NCBI GenBank assembly: GCA_951406725.2
Contig: OX597819.1
Span: 118,172,001-118,236,000, forward strand
Source of the DNA: Octopus vulgaris
Lineage: Eukaryota
DNA: 64,000 nt
Direction: 5' to 3'
Shown: in pieces, positions 52,117 to 64,000 of the stretch
How the letters are laid out: each line of letters opens with the position of its first letter
How positions within the stretch are numbered: the first letter of the stretch is position 1
Position numbers and translations under genes: made by a program
Notes under the pieces: generated by a model
Told to the model about the DNA's origin: nothing
Seen by the model: only the letters and a program-made list of their open reading frames with translations
Databases searched by the model: none

Positions 52117-52513
52117 ATATAGGCTTATGTACATCCATATATATGCTCGTTGAAACCTATGCCAGTGTACAACATCATCCGCCATACCCATGTGAGTATT
52201 GTACGTAACAATTTCCACTCATCTTCTTTTAGAATCTTTGCTATATATCTGCAAGTGCACTGGCAAATAGCTAAGCATATGCGACAAAGGCAAGCAGGCT
52301 AAGTATGTCTAAAAAGATACAGATGTATGTTTAGTGTGAAGATAACACACTTAGTGTCAGTGCATGAAAGGAAAAGAAACGAAATAAGAAGACTCAGTGC
52401 ACCTAGCTCAATGTTGTGTGAACAGTATATTGGGATATACAATATATGCAATATAGTTACAAGGACATTTGCTTTGGCTATGATATACGTGTGTATAGAC
52501 ATCATGTCTATAC

Positions 52514-52554
<41 letters not shown>

Positions 52555-52555
<1 letters not shown>

Positions 52556-52812
52556 CTCAATATTATTGAACATTTATGCTGCATTTTAGAAAAATGATAA
52601 GGAGTCGATATGCTCCACCAGCCTCCCTATAAGAAATGGACACTGTTTTAGCTGAAGAATAGACAAAAATTTTTTTGGAAACAATTCAAACTTTATACGA
52701 GTCCATGCCTCGTAGAACTCAAGCTGTACTTACTACCAAAGGTGTTCCTACCCATATTAATATAAATCTGTCTGAAATATTAAGGTACTTCCATTATTTT
52801 GTCCAACGCCAG
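52555..52812 (+). mobile_element. 3' fragment of the Tc1 family seen at 38145
   Basis: Matches 39164-39405; IQTLYESMPRRTQAVLTTKG; TIR ttccattattttgtccaacgccag-ta. Confidence 0.8.
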
Positions 52813-52814
52813 TA

Positions 52815-53010
52815 TATGTTTGTGTGTCTCTGTATGTTCCCCCGACATCGCTTGACAACTGATGCTGGTGTGTTTACGTCTCCCTAACCTAGCGGTTCTG
52901 AGAAAGTGACCGATAGAATAAGTACTATCCTTAACAAAGAATAAGTCTTGGGGTTGATTAGCTTAACTAAAGGTGTTGCTCCAGCATAGCCGCAGTCAAA
53001 TGACAAACAA
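52815..53010 (+). mobile_element. SINE family 1, 3' half
   Basis: acatcgcttgacaactgatgctggtgtgtttacgtc...cgcagtcaaatgac. Confidence 0.78.
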
Positions 53011-53565
53011 ATATCTTAAATATTCATATACGCAGGTAAAAATGTAAAAATATATTTTCAACGTTCCATATCTCTGTTTAAGCAAGCATGCATTTATTAA
53101 ATGTGAGACGCAGTTGGCAGCTCTGGTGTATAGATACGTATGCATGTATGCAGGTAGGAATTATGTATGCAGATAGTCAACCTAGTAGTTGTGTAAGCAG
53201 TTGTGTACATATGTATAAGTAATGTAAACAGTTATAACGATTTAGTTATATATACATAAATATTTGTAATGGTGAGTGGCAAACAAAACGCTATATTCCA
53301 TTAGTTCTTTGTTGTCTGATCAGGATAGTATGATTGAGAGTTAAAGAGGTGGGAGATGGAGTGCAAGAGTGTTGTGTGTGTTTGTGCCGGGATATCAATA
53401 TAAGAATTTACAAACAGTAAATGGATTAGATTGCAGTCTCTCATCACATGAGCCTGTACAAACTCCACTCTACACACACACACTCACTCACACATGCATA
53501 TATATAGAGACAAACGCACACACTCATCTATCTATATACTCACACACATACGTATCTACACGCAC

Positions 53566-53657
<92 letters not shown>

Positions 53658-53661
<4 letters not shown>

Positions 53662-53810
53662 AGATTTAACGAAAAAACAAAAGATGAAGACAGGTGGTGT
53701 ACAAAACAAACAGATGTATTAGTAAAACGTTCAGGAATAGAAAAAAGTCTTTTACGTTTCGAGTCTATGCTCTTCCAAAGAAAGGGACACAGAAAAAACA
53801 AGGAGAGAAA
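53658..53810 (-). mobile_element. Family A hammerhead-motif element
   Basis: Minus strand ccttt-CTTTGGA-a-GAG-cataga-CTC-GAAAC-GTA-aaagac; directly abuts (TA)n. Confidence 0.7.
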
Positions 53811-53946
53811 CATATACGTAAAATATATAGGGCAGCGAATATTTTTAGAAATTTCACTACCAGTGGCCTAACATGTATAAAAAGTCAATAGACAACATAT
53901 TCTCAATATAAAATAGTGTACATTTAAACACAGGAGAAACTAACTC

Positions 53947-53994
53947 TAACAGGTAATTTTACACGCTAGAAGAAGCGTGTAAAATTACCTGTTA
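53947..53994. repeat. Perfect 21-bp inverted repeat, 6-nt loop
   Basis: taacaggtaattttacacgct-agaaga-agcgtgtaaaattacctgtta. Confidence 0.9.
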
Positions 53995-54227
53995 AACACT
54001 AACACCGATTGCGATAACATATCTAACATCTGTGACCCGAACACTGTAATCAAGTTAAACCTCTGAGCGTAATGGGCGAACACCTGAAACCAACGCAAGC
54101 AGTAATAGGTACACTAATACTAACAATACCAATTACATTATAAACACTACAACTAATAATACATATACTTTAAGTATGAATAGGACTAGCAATAATATTA
54201 ATACGGCATTACAAAACACTATGATCA

Positions 54228-54614
54228 TCTCTCATTATATAAAGCTAAAGTTGTTTGTGTGCGGCAGGTTTGGTAGCCTTCAACTAACACTATCTCCTCC
54301 GAGACCCTGAGGCACAAGTTGACCAAAGTTGAGAGTATGATAGAAGAAGGCTTGCTCTTCCTTCCGTAGAAGATAAAATTCAAATCGGACCATGTTAACA
54401 CCAAAAATTATTTACATCAAAAACGTGCTTTTTTCTATGAAAATCCCTATTACGATTTTTTCACTGCTGTGTCGCCACTTTTTGGTGTATTTCAACCAGA
54501 AAAATGTTCACTTGAAGAGAATAAGAAGCTACATAAAGCAACATTTTTACTTTTCAAAAATTCCAATTCCAGCGGGTCGAAACAAACCCAAGCAACGCCG
54601 GGTGATACTGCTAG
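54228..54614 (+). mobile_element. Non-autonomous Helitron (second family)
   Basis: A|TC start (tctctcattatataaag), 3' hairpin acccaagcaacgccgggt, then ctgCTAG|T; the 3' terminus resembles that of 12281-12709. Confidence 0.78.
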
Positions 54615-55500
54615 TTAGCATATAATCTTTGCATAACTCTATAACTCTTATTTCAAACTTATTATGTCATACCTCATCTATCTACCGTACCTCATCACTA
54701 TCTGAAATAAATATTAATTATTTAATTTTCCCTTTATTTACTTTTAAACATTAACTCAATAAATCCCCTACTATAAACCCCCTAACTCTTACTCCCAATC
54801 ATAAATAATTTAACATTCAATTAACTCTTCCTTTCTCAACTACCTACACACCCATAACCCCATTGCTAAAAATAACTCTACAGCCAGTGACCTTAGCCAA
54901 GACGGACACATGCAATTGCTACCAAATATCCTCTCCCACAACTTTAGATTTTAGGATTGTCACACATCTACTACTCCCCATAAATTCCTTTCATTTCGCC
55001 TAATATTTTTTACCCTATCATCCTCTGCCTCATACATACACCCTTATCATCTCGACTACCCCAAACATAATTCTTAGACACCACAAACATATGCAGCTTA
55101 CTTTATCCTATCGCCAATCCTTAAACCCACCCTCTACCTCACTCTCGCTACCTTTTTTCTATTTCTTCTCTTTTCTTTACTTTTACCAATTAATAGCAAC
55201 CTACGACATCATTCTGTTATTGAACATTTATATGTTTTTTTTTTCATGGGCTGTCTACTATATCAGGACATTAACCCACATGGTTATACGCACGATTGCA
55301 CCTAAGGGCTTACGCTCATGGATATACGCGGGATTGCGTCTAAGGACACATGCTCTGGTGTCTCTATCTTCAGAAAGTGGAACTATAAACTTTTAGGCTT
55401 CTTTTTTCTGTTCTCTTTCCATCTCCTTATTTTACTCTCTTCCTCTATGCTGTCATATTATTAATATACCATTCTCATTTTCTATATCCACCCCTATTTG

Positions 55501-55555
55501 TCTCAGATGACAGAATATTCCATGCTTGGGGATATCCCAGAGACAGCTGTAAGAT
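55501..55555 (+). ncRNA. Degenerate Penelope-type type-I hammerhead motif
   Basis: tct-CAGATGA-[stem II-like segment]-GAGAC-AGCT-GTA-aga; palindromic stem III ACAGCTGT; AATAAA about 50 nt downstream; two core substitutions. Confidence 0.5.
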
Positions 55556-56249
55556 TTTGAATTTCTATAATATTTGTGTTTACATAGAAACTCGTAAAAA
55601 ATAAACCATTGCAACTAACCAGCTGGCTTACAACAAACGAGATTGGTCTGATAATGAAACTGACCTCCTAATAAGCCCATGGTTTTGTCCCTCCGAAACA
55701 GGTAACATAAACGTTTCCTGTCTACATAAGATTGCCGAAAAAACAGCGCAAATAAGCAACACGCGAAATGTTAAGCAGATTCGCAGCAATCTAAAACACA
55801 TGCAGGTTTCCTTCAACCTAATTCAGGGTCATTTTGGTAAAACTTCGATATATTTTCTCTTTAAATATTAGTCAATCATAACAACAACAACCAAATAACC
55901 ATGAACATCAGCAACAAACAAAACGACGACAACAACAACAACAGCCAGAAAATCATGAACAGCAACAACAGCATGAGGAAGAGACGCTCCTAAATTCTAG
56001 AACAAAAGCTGATCTACTGAACGATAGTGTCTCTTCACCTCTCTCTCTCACTAACCGCTCTCACAGCAGCCACCACAATTGTCTCCGCAATCAACTTCAG
56101 CATCATCATCAGCGCTGCCACCATCGTCTTCTACCACCCGAAAAACTAAAAAAATTAACCACTGCTTTCTTGTCTCGCATCTCCACCTCATTATTCTACT
56201 GTAGAATAAAAAAAACTTTAAAAAATCTATAAAGCGGAATGTGTCCTCA

Positions 56250-57975
56250 AGACAGTAACAAGAAACCCCAAAATATGCCGTTACAGGCTCTGCACACGTA
56301 GTAACTGCAACTTTACACATCTACTGGCTCTTGACGCACAATCCAGGCAAACACTACCAGCATTCATTCCAAAATAACATCAACATCCACACCACCAAAT
56401 AGTAAATTGAATGCTACAACCCGCAAAACGCAGAATCCCAAAATCTGCCGGTATTCCCAACGTGAGATACTGAGTTTTGCGTGGTTGTCTCTTCACTCCT
56501 TTTCTAGGGACCCGATGTATTAACAGAAATGGGGCTCCAAGCCAACACAAACCACTGTAAAGACACTTTCTACCACAGTAATGCAGGTGCAGTCTTTACA
56601 CGAATATACATAAACACAACCACCACCACCAGCAAAATCACACACAAATAAAAGCAGAAATGGCAACCCTATCCAACAGTGCAACCACACCTATCAAAAA
56701 CTACTACCTATGCAGGAAAATTCTTTTTAGCCATGGTGGACCTGACAATAGAGATACAAAATAATTTTTCAGCAATCCCTCAATACCATCCTTTACTATT
56801 ACCCCAGTGCGCCAAATCCCCACATTGCTGTCACTAACACACAATCAGAAAAATCCCCCTGCAACAGTCGAAACCTGCCATGACGCTAGCCTCCACATTC
56901 TTCACAAAGCAGATGTCAGTCCTTTCATCAATGCACAGAAAACGAAGATACAATTAATTGAGTATTGGGTTGGTAACCATCCACACCACATTGCTTTCTT
57001 CGTTCTTACCAAGACCCACCTTGGCAACTCCCACTTAGAAGCCGAAGTAAAAGGGAGGGAATTCAAAACCATCCGCGCGGATCGAGCCGACAGAAGGAAG
57101 GGTGGAATTGCTATTTTCAGCAGATGGGAATATGACATTCTCCAATAGCTAGTGTGAATCGGTCACCGTTCATAACAAAACCTATCACCTGATAGTGATT
57201 GGGCTGTAGAAGCCAACTCAAACACCCATACTGAGCTTTAATGAATTACTCAACAGCATTAAGTGCGTCATTCCACAACGCCATTCTAATAACGTCATTA
57301 TAACGAGTAATTTTAATTTACCATGTGTTGATTGGTCTACAAGCAGTTTGAAATCTGATATTCCCGCCTCAACTACTGACAAAAAAGGAGTTGAGTCATT
57401 TCTCGACTTTATGAATGAGTTTCTCTAGTCACAAATTGTCCTTGCACCAACAAGATATCAGAATATTTTGGACCTTGTGTATAGTAACCACAGGAACACA
57501 ATACACAATATTTCAGTGAAAAATCCCTTCTTTCAGATCATGACATGGTTCTCTGTAATCTGAGATTCCACCAGCCAAAATGGTAACCCTAGTGACCTCT
57601 CTGCAGCCCACCCATATGATACCATGAATCTCTATGATGCCGACTGGGACGGATTTATAGACGATCTATCACATGCTGACTGCTCTTTCACACATACATA
57701 CACCTCCTTCAATATCAATATATTTTGGAAGATCTTTTTTTAGACAATATCAGAGACATATGTGCTAAACACGCACCAACTAGACCTGTGAAGAAAACTA
57801 AGTGCAGAATCACCACCCCCCAAAATATCAGAAAAATAAAAAGAAGAAACCAAAAAAGTTAAACTAGAATACATAAATTCGACGGCTATCAGCCTGCTCG
57901 ACTCAAAAATGTATAACCTCCAACAATGCATGAAGATCATGAATAACAAGAGAACAGCTGAGGAGAGATGGGCCA
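56250..57975 (+). mobile_element. Decayed CR1-group LINE: ORF1 remnant plus AP-endonuclease domain
   Basis: VLTKTHL, TIRADRADRRKGGIAIF, IITSNFNLPCVDWS, QIVLAPTRYQNILDLVYSN and SDH correspond to the APE motifs TETWL, RxDR..GGGV, GDFN, PTR..ILDL and SDH; many stops. Confidence 0.8.
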
Positions 57976-58847
57976 TTATACATACATACACCTTTATATA
58001 TATACATGGGGGGTATTATATATATATATATATAGAAGTACGCATATAGAAATACACATATACATATGTATGCTTCAAAATCTTAAACAGATACTTGAGA
58101 ATATATTTTAAAAACACGAAATACAAGATTCCTTTTCCTAACAAATGTGAGTGCCAACACATGGAAACAAATACTTCCAGTGTCAGGCAATATATTCGCA
58201 ACTTTGAAGCTTTATGCATTAAAGTATTTCCTTTAGTGCTGTGATACTTCAACAAGCTTCACGTGTGGATATTCATCTCAAAAATCAAGTAAGTCAAACA
58301 TCTCTGAAATGATATTCGATAACACAAATGATATTCTTTCGTTTTGTAGAAATATGATCCGGAGAAGTTTGATTGACTGTATGGGTGGATTCATCGGATC
58401 AACTTTCTCATACAGTTCTTTCAATCCCCAGTATGATGTTATTTATTTGTTTACATTTCTTCCTAGGTGAATTCTGAGGAAAATATATAGAAGCATGTAA
58501 TTCCAGATCTTACATCAATTCTGTGAATATATGTTCATGTAATCAATATACTAGGAAAATAAAGCAATCCCAGTATTTTGGATGTTATTTCTAATATTCT
58601 TCATTTGCATTCTGATAATGGAATAAATACGAGGTGTATATATGTATGTAATCGGGAAAAATTAGAAACGGAATTAATAAACAATAAACAGCAATAGATC
58701 GTCTATACGGCGCCCATATCTAGCAAAACGTTACAGCTTCAGATCGACGAACACAAATAAACTGCTAATACCAATGTGAATATTCATACAGCTGTTTCAC
58801 CTTTCAATTACATAAACAGGTCACTGAAACGTCAAAATATTTGCATG

Positions 58848-58975
58848 AAAATTCAGATATGGTGACAGATATTGACGAATATGAGTAACATAAGTACAGT
58901 TAGTACGTTAAAATTCAGATTTGGTGACAGGTATTGACTAATATGAGTAACATAAGAATAGTTGGCGCGTTAAAA
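58848..58975. repeat. Two-copy tandem repeat, period about 62 bp
   Basis: aaaattcagat.tggtgacag.tattgac.aatatgagtaacataag occurs twice. Confidence 0.85.
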
Positions 58976-59409
58976 TGTCATTCAATGTAAATCAAGTCGT
59001 CGACACAAGTAAGTATAACACTTGCGCTAATGTACTAAGTAACTTAAGCACGCAAAAACGTTATGCCAAAAGGTCTTCGTTCAAGCCACTCACAATTGAA
59101 ATAAAGTAGCCGAGTATAAATGTGAGCGTGTGCTTAATATGCTTTTATTCTTTCATACGATTCAGCTCTAAGGCTTTGGCCAAGTTGAGAAACAGAGAGG
59201 GAGAGAAAGACAAACGTATAAAATTTATATTTTTATCTTTCCAATCACATGGCGGTATGATTCGTTCGCCCAACAATAAAGAAGTCAGTGACTAATAATT
59301 TAGATACAAGCTTGTATGAAATAAAAGGAATTATAAATTAAGCGTGAGAATGAGATCGTGAGAATGAGATAGAGAGAAAGAAAACGAGGTCGACAGTCAT
59401 AAAGATCCA

Positions 59410-60620
<1,211 letters not shown>

Positions 60621-60629
60621 ATAAATATG

Positions 60630-61095
60630 AATATAGGAATCCGTGGAAAAGTCTACACTGGATCGAGTATTCCTGACGAACAGAACACAAAATGTTGTGG
60701 TCAATGGAATTTCATTGAAGCGCAGCAAAAGTCACCAGTGTTACTCCTCATGGGAGTGACGTGGTCACGCTTCGCTTTATAATCGACATAATCCATTTTC
60801 GCAGCGTCGTAAAACGCAGCAAAGTGAAAATATTTGCTTATGACACTAATCTACAGAAAGTCATCAATAAAGAAGAAGACGGAACTCAACTCCAGTCTGA
60901 TCTACATGCGGTTTGTCGATAAGCAGACAAAAGCAAAGAGAAAAAAAAAACGAGGGAAAATTTGAGCTGGTGCTTTCCGGAAAAAAAGTCTATGGTAAAA
61001 CAATCATAATGTCTTCCTAAAGGTAAACCACTCACAGTGTAATATAATATCACAGACCTAGGGGTAGTTGTTGATAACAATCTCATTTGGAATAC
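60630..61095 (+). mobile_element. Decayed CR1-group reverse transcriptase fragment
   Basis: GIRGKV..W...[13 protein letters not shown]...VTSVTPHGS...VKIFAYDTNL...LQSDL...DLGVVVDNNL match the CR1/L2 RT motifs GVPQGS, FADDT and DLGV; probably the same element as 56250-57975. Confidence 0.78.
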
Positions 61096-61321
61096 CTACG
61101 GAAGTCAGGATTACAACACAATGTTTTTTTTTCCTCACCAGATACTGTGCTAATTAATATTGTCCCCCCACAAAAAAAAAAAAAATCAAAAAGGAAAAGG
61201 ATCTCTTCCTTTTTAAAAGGAATCTGGAAATATACATTATATATATGCATGTGTATGTGTGTGCGTCTCAGTGTGTTCAGGTGCACTCACACAAACGCAC
61301 ACACGGTATTTGATTATATAT

Positions 61322-61560
61322 AAGGCGGCGAGCTGGCAGAAATGTTAGTGCGCCGGTGAAATGCTTCGCAGTATTTCGTCTGTCGTAACGTTGTGAGTTC
61401 AAATTCCGCCGAGGTCGACTTTGTCTTTCATCCTTTCGGGGTCGATAAATTAAGTACCAGTTACGCACTGGGGTCGATATAATCGACTTAATATCTATGT
61501 CTGTCCTTGTTTGTCCACTCTATGTTTAGCCCCTTGTGGGTAATAAAGAAATAGGTATTT
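61322..61560 (+). mobile_element. SINE family 2 copy (single unit)
   Basis: aaggcggcgagctggcagaa...gagttcaaattcc (B-box-like)...ctttcatcctttcggggtcgataaattaagtacc; followed by a repeat of the upstream flank ggtatttgattatata, which is TSD-like. Confidence 0.85.
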
Positions 61561-62171
61561 GATTATATAAATATTCACTTCTTTTCAACCGGAGTAGTGA
61601 GGCAAATGATGCTGATAGTTTAGAACAAAATGGAATTTATCATGGTATCGAAGTATTCTATTAAACCCTTCAGCATGACCGCTATCCAATGAATAAAAGA
61701 AGCAAAAGATAATTAATGAAGAAAGTTTCCTCATGTATTTATAGTCCTTTTTAATGTCATGACATGAACATAAAATCGCTTCTACCGTCCATATTCACTT
61801 ACAAAAAGTAATCCTTTAATTACACATTCTCCATATGAACTATTTTGGCACATACAAAAATCGCACAGGCTGTTATTCATTATGTTCGTTTTTCAGTTTG
61901 ACGACAATTTTTCCCCTCATTACATTTTTCCCTCATTACATTTTCAAATGTCTACTAAAATCTTCATCCTAACGACAGTGCACAAAAAAAAATCAAGGGA
62001 GGGTCACATATTTGTATAAACATCTAATTAATATAGTGGGGTCATTTGTGTATAAAATTTTATGAGGCGTGAATTAATTTAGATAATGGGTGTCAAATTT
62101 AAGTAAAGTATAGGATAGAAATGTATATTCATAAATGTTGCGTTAACTACGCAAAGAAACGCCTTAAACTT

Positions 62172-62211
<40 letters not shown>

Positions 62212-62248
62212 TTTTGTAACCACATTTTCCTTTCTATTGAACTTTCCT

Positions 62249-62287
62249 CGGTTTCTGAAGAAGAGCGTTACTCGAAATGTTAAACCG
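62249..62287 (+). ncRNA. Minimal type-I hammerhead ribozyme motif within a family A-related element (62222-62391)
   Basis: CGGTTT-CTGAAGA-A-GAG-cgtta-CTC-GAAA-T-GTT-AAACCG: perfect 6-bp stem I, intact CUGANGA and GAAA, loopless stem III. Confidence 0.7.
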
Positions 62288-62388
62288 GCTTTCCTTCCTT
62301 CCCTGGGCGTCTGCTAATACTTTACATGTACCACGGCCTCGTATTGTTTTTTGTTTTGTTTTAATGGGTGGTTGTTCTTTTGGGGATT

Positions 62389-62426
<38 letters not shown>

Positions 62427-62427
62427 T

Positions 62428-62658
62428 TTTCAAGCGTGGCCGTTGCCATTACCGCCTGACTAGCCCTCGTGCCGGTGGTACCTAAAAGCACCCACTACAT
62501 TCTCGGAATGGTTGGCGTTCGGAAGGGCATCCAGCTGTAGAAATTCTGCCAGATCAAGATTGGAGCCTGTCGCAGTCATCTGGTTTGCCAGTTCTCAGTC
62601 AAATCCTCCAACCCAACCCATGCTAGCATGGAAAGCGGACGTTAAATGATGATGATGA
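62428..62658 (+). mobile_element. 3' portion of a SINE with (TGA)n tail
   Basis: ggttggcgttcggaagggcatccagctgtagaaa motif, hairpin ccatgctagcatgg and a tgatgatga tail; head missing. Confidence 0.6.
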
Positions 62659-64000
62659 TTTATATATATATACCGATGTGTGTGTGTGAACATGTGTGTG
62701 AAATTGTGAAATATCAAGATAAATCCAAGTTTATAATTGTTTTTCTTTCTATACGACCCTTTATGGTTGCTTTGGAGTCCAGTAATATATATTTCAAGTG
62801 CTCAAGCACAACAGATCACCAGGGAGCCCTATTGCATCAATTTGTAGATAATAAAATAGGAAGATGCCAATATGTTTGAGAACAGAGGTATCTCTCTATT
62901 AAATGATGCAGGTTTGCAAATTAACGTCCGAGATGTAGAGTTTCTGTACCAACATTATGATGGTTATTACATGTTTTCAGCTATTACGAATCGGGTGTGT
63001 ATGAATCGCAATACCATTGATCGCAAATTCCATGGATCGCATAATTTTCAGTATTCAGCAATACGATAAACAATGGCTTTCTCAACAGTAAATGGTTATT
63101 ATCTCTCTCGACAAGCAATATTGTGATATGATTTGTGTTTTCTCATCATGCTCAGTGTGCTGACGGAGTGCAAGCACTTCTGAATTCGTGTTGACGAAAT
63201 AGTATGCCATGACATCAACGTAATTTATACAGAGTTTTCTTCAAGAAGCATAAATTTTAGACAAATTATCAACCGGTAGATCGATCAATCCATTAAAAGT
63301 TAGGTAAGCATATCAATTTTGTTTTTAAACAAATCATTTTATCATTAATTATCAAACCAATGAACTGATAAGTCACTTATTTCACAGGTGAAAGATGTAA
63401 ATAGACTTTTCGCATGGTTAAACTTTTTCCATTATTTCAGTACCAATTGAATGATATGCTAAAAGTATTTAGCTGCGCCAGATATTTTACGCTTTGTTGC
63501 TTCAAGTAAAAACAGAAATGTTAAAAGCAACAAAGAACAATGTTTTTAAAATGATTAAACAAAGACAATTTTGCAATTCAAGAAAATCTTGGAGTGAATT
63601 CGGATCACTGATAAATTTTAATGTTATTAAAAGCAAACCCCAAGCGTAATTTCCTAAAGATGGCTGTGTTATGTTCAATAGGTTTAGATAAAAATTAAAA
63701 ATTACTAACTGTGCAAGTTTGAATTAAGTATATTGGAATTAAAAAGGGAAAATGAATCCAATGAAAAAATCGAATTTAAACTAATTAAAATTTTACATTA
63801 ATTTTCTATTTTGGGTTGAGCAATAATAATAACTATACTTTACAGATATTCCAGGTCAAATACTGTGTCAGGAAAGAAGTCATTCAAATCATGTTTTTTT
63901 TCTTTCTTCTCTTCAAAATTATTTGAACTGATAAAACCTAAACATGTTCATACAAATTTAGAATGATGAGAATTGCTTAAACTCGTATGTGCTCATCTTG

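Noticed and set aside
55628-55816. ORF MCFRLLRICLTFRVLLICAVFSAIL as the first exon
   Set aside because: It ends at a good GTAAG donor but in phase 2, incompatible with the phase-1 acceptor at 36380, and it lies among retroelement debris.

Overview
AT-rich, microsatellite-dense metazoan genomic DNA. The SINE types and (TA)n load suggest an octopus or other coleoid cephalopod, but that is inference. One protein-coding gene is well supported: a minus-strand histidine acid phosphatase resembling PXYLP1/ACPL2. Two coding exons are identified (36380-36099 and 30215-28978, joined by a phase-1 GT-AG intron); the N-terminal transmembrane exon was not found. The rest is intronic or intergenic: at least four SINE families, decayed Tc1, mariner and DD37D-like transposons, two non-autonomous Helitrons, CR1-like and R4/Dong-like LINE remnants, and a 5S rRNA pseudogene. 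Nearly all ORFs in the supplied track are microsatellite artefacts. The most interesting signal is non-coding. Several unrelated families of short (TA)n-anchored elements carry Penelope-type minimal hammerhead ribozyme motifs with palindromic stem III. Two of them form long fold-back palindromes, and one family shows a recurrent non-canonical CUGUNGA core. The window also has six near-perfect fold-back inversions with arms of 21 to about 410 bp. All coordinates were read by eye; element ends are approximate unless a TSD, TIR or splice site is cited.
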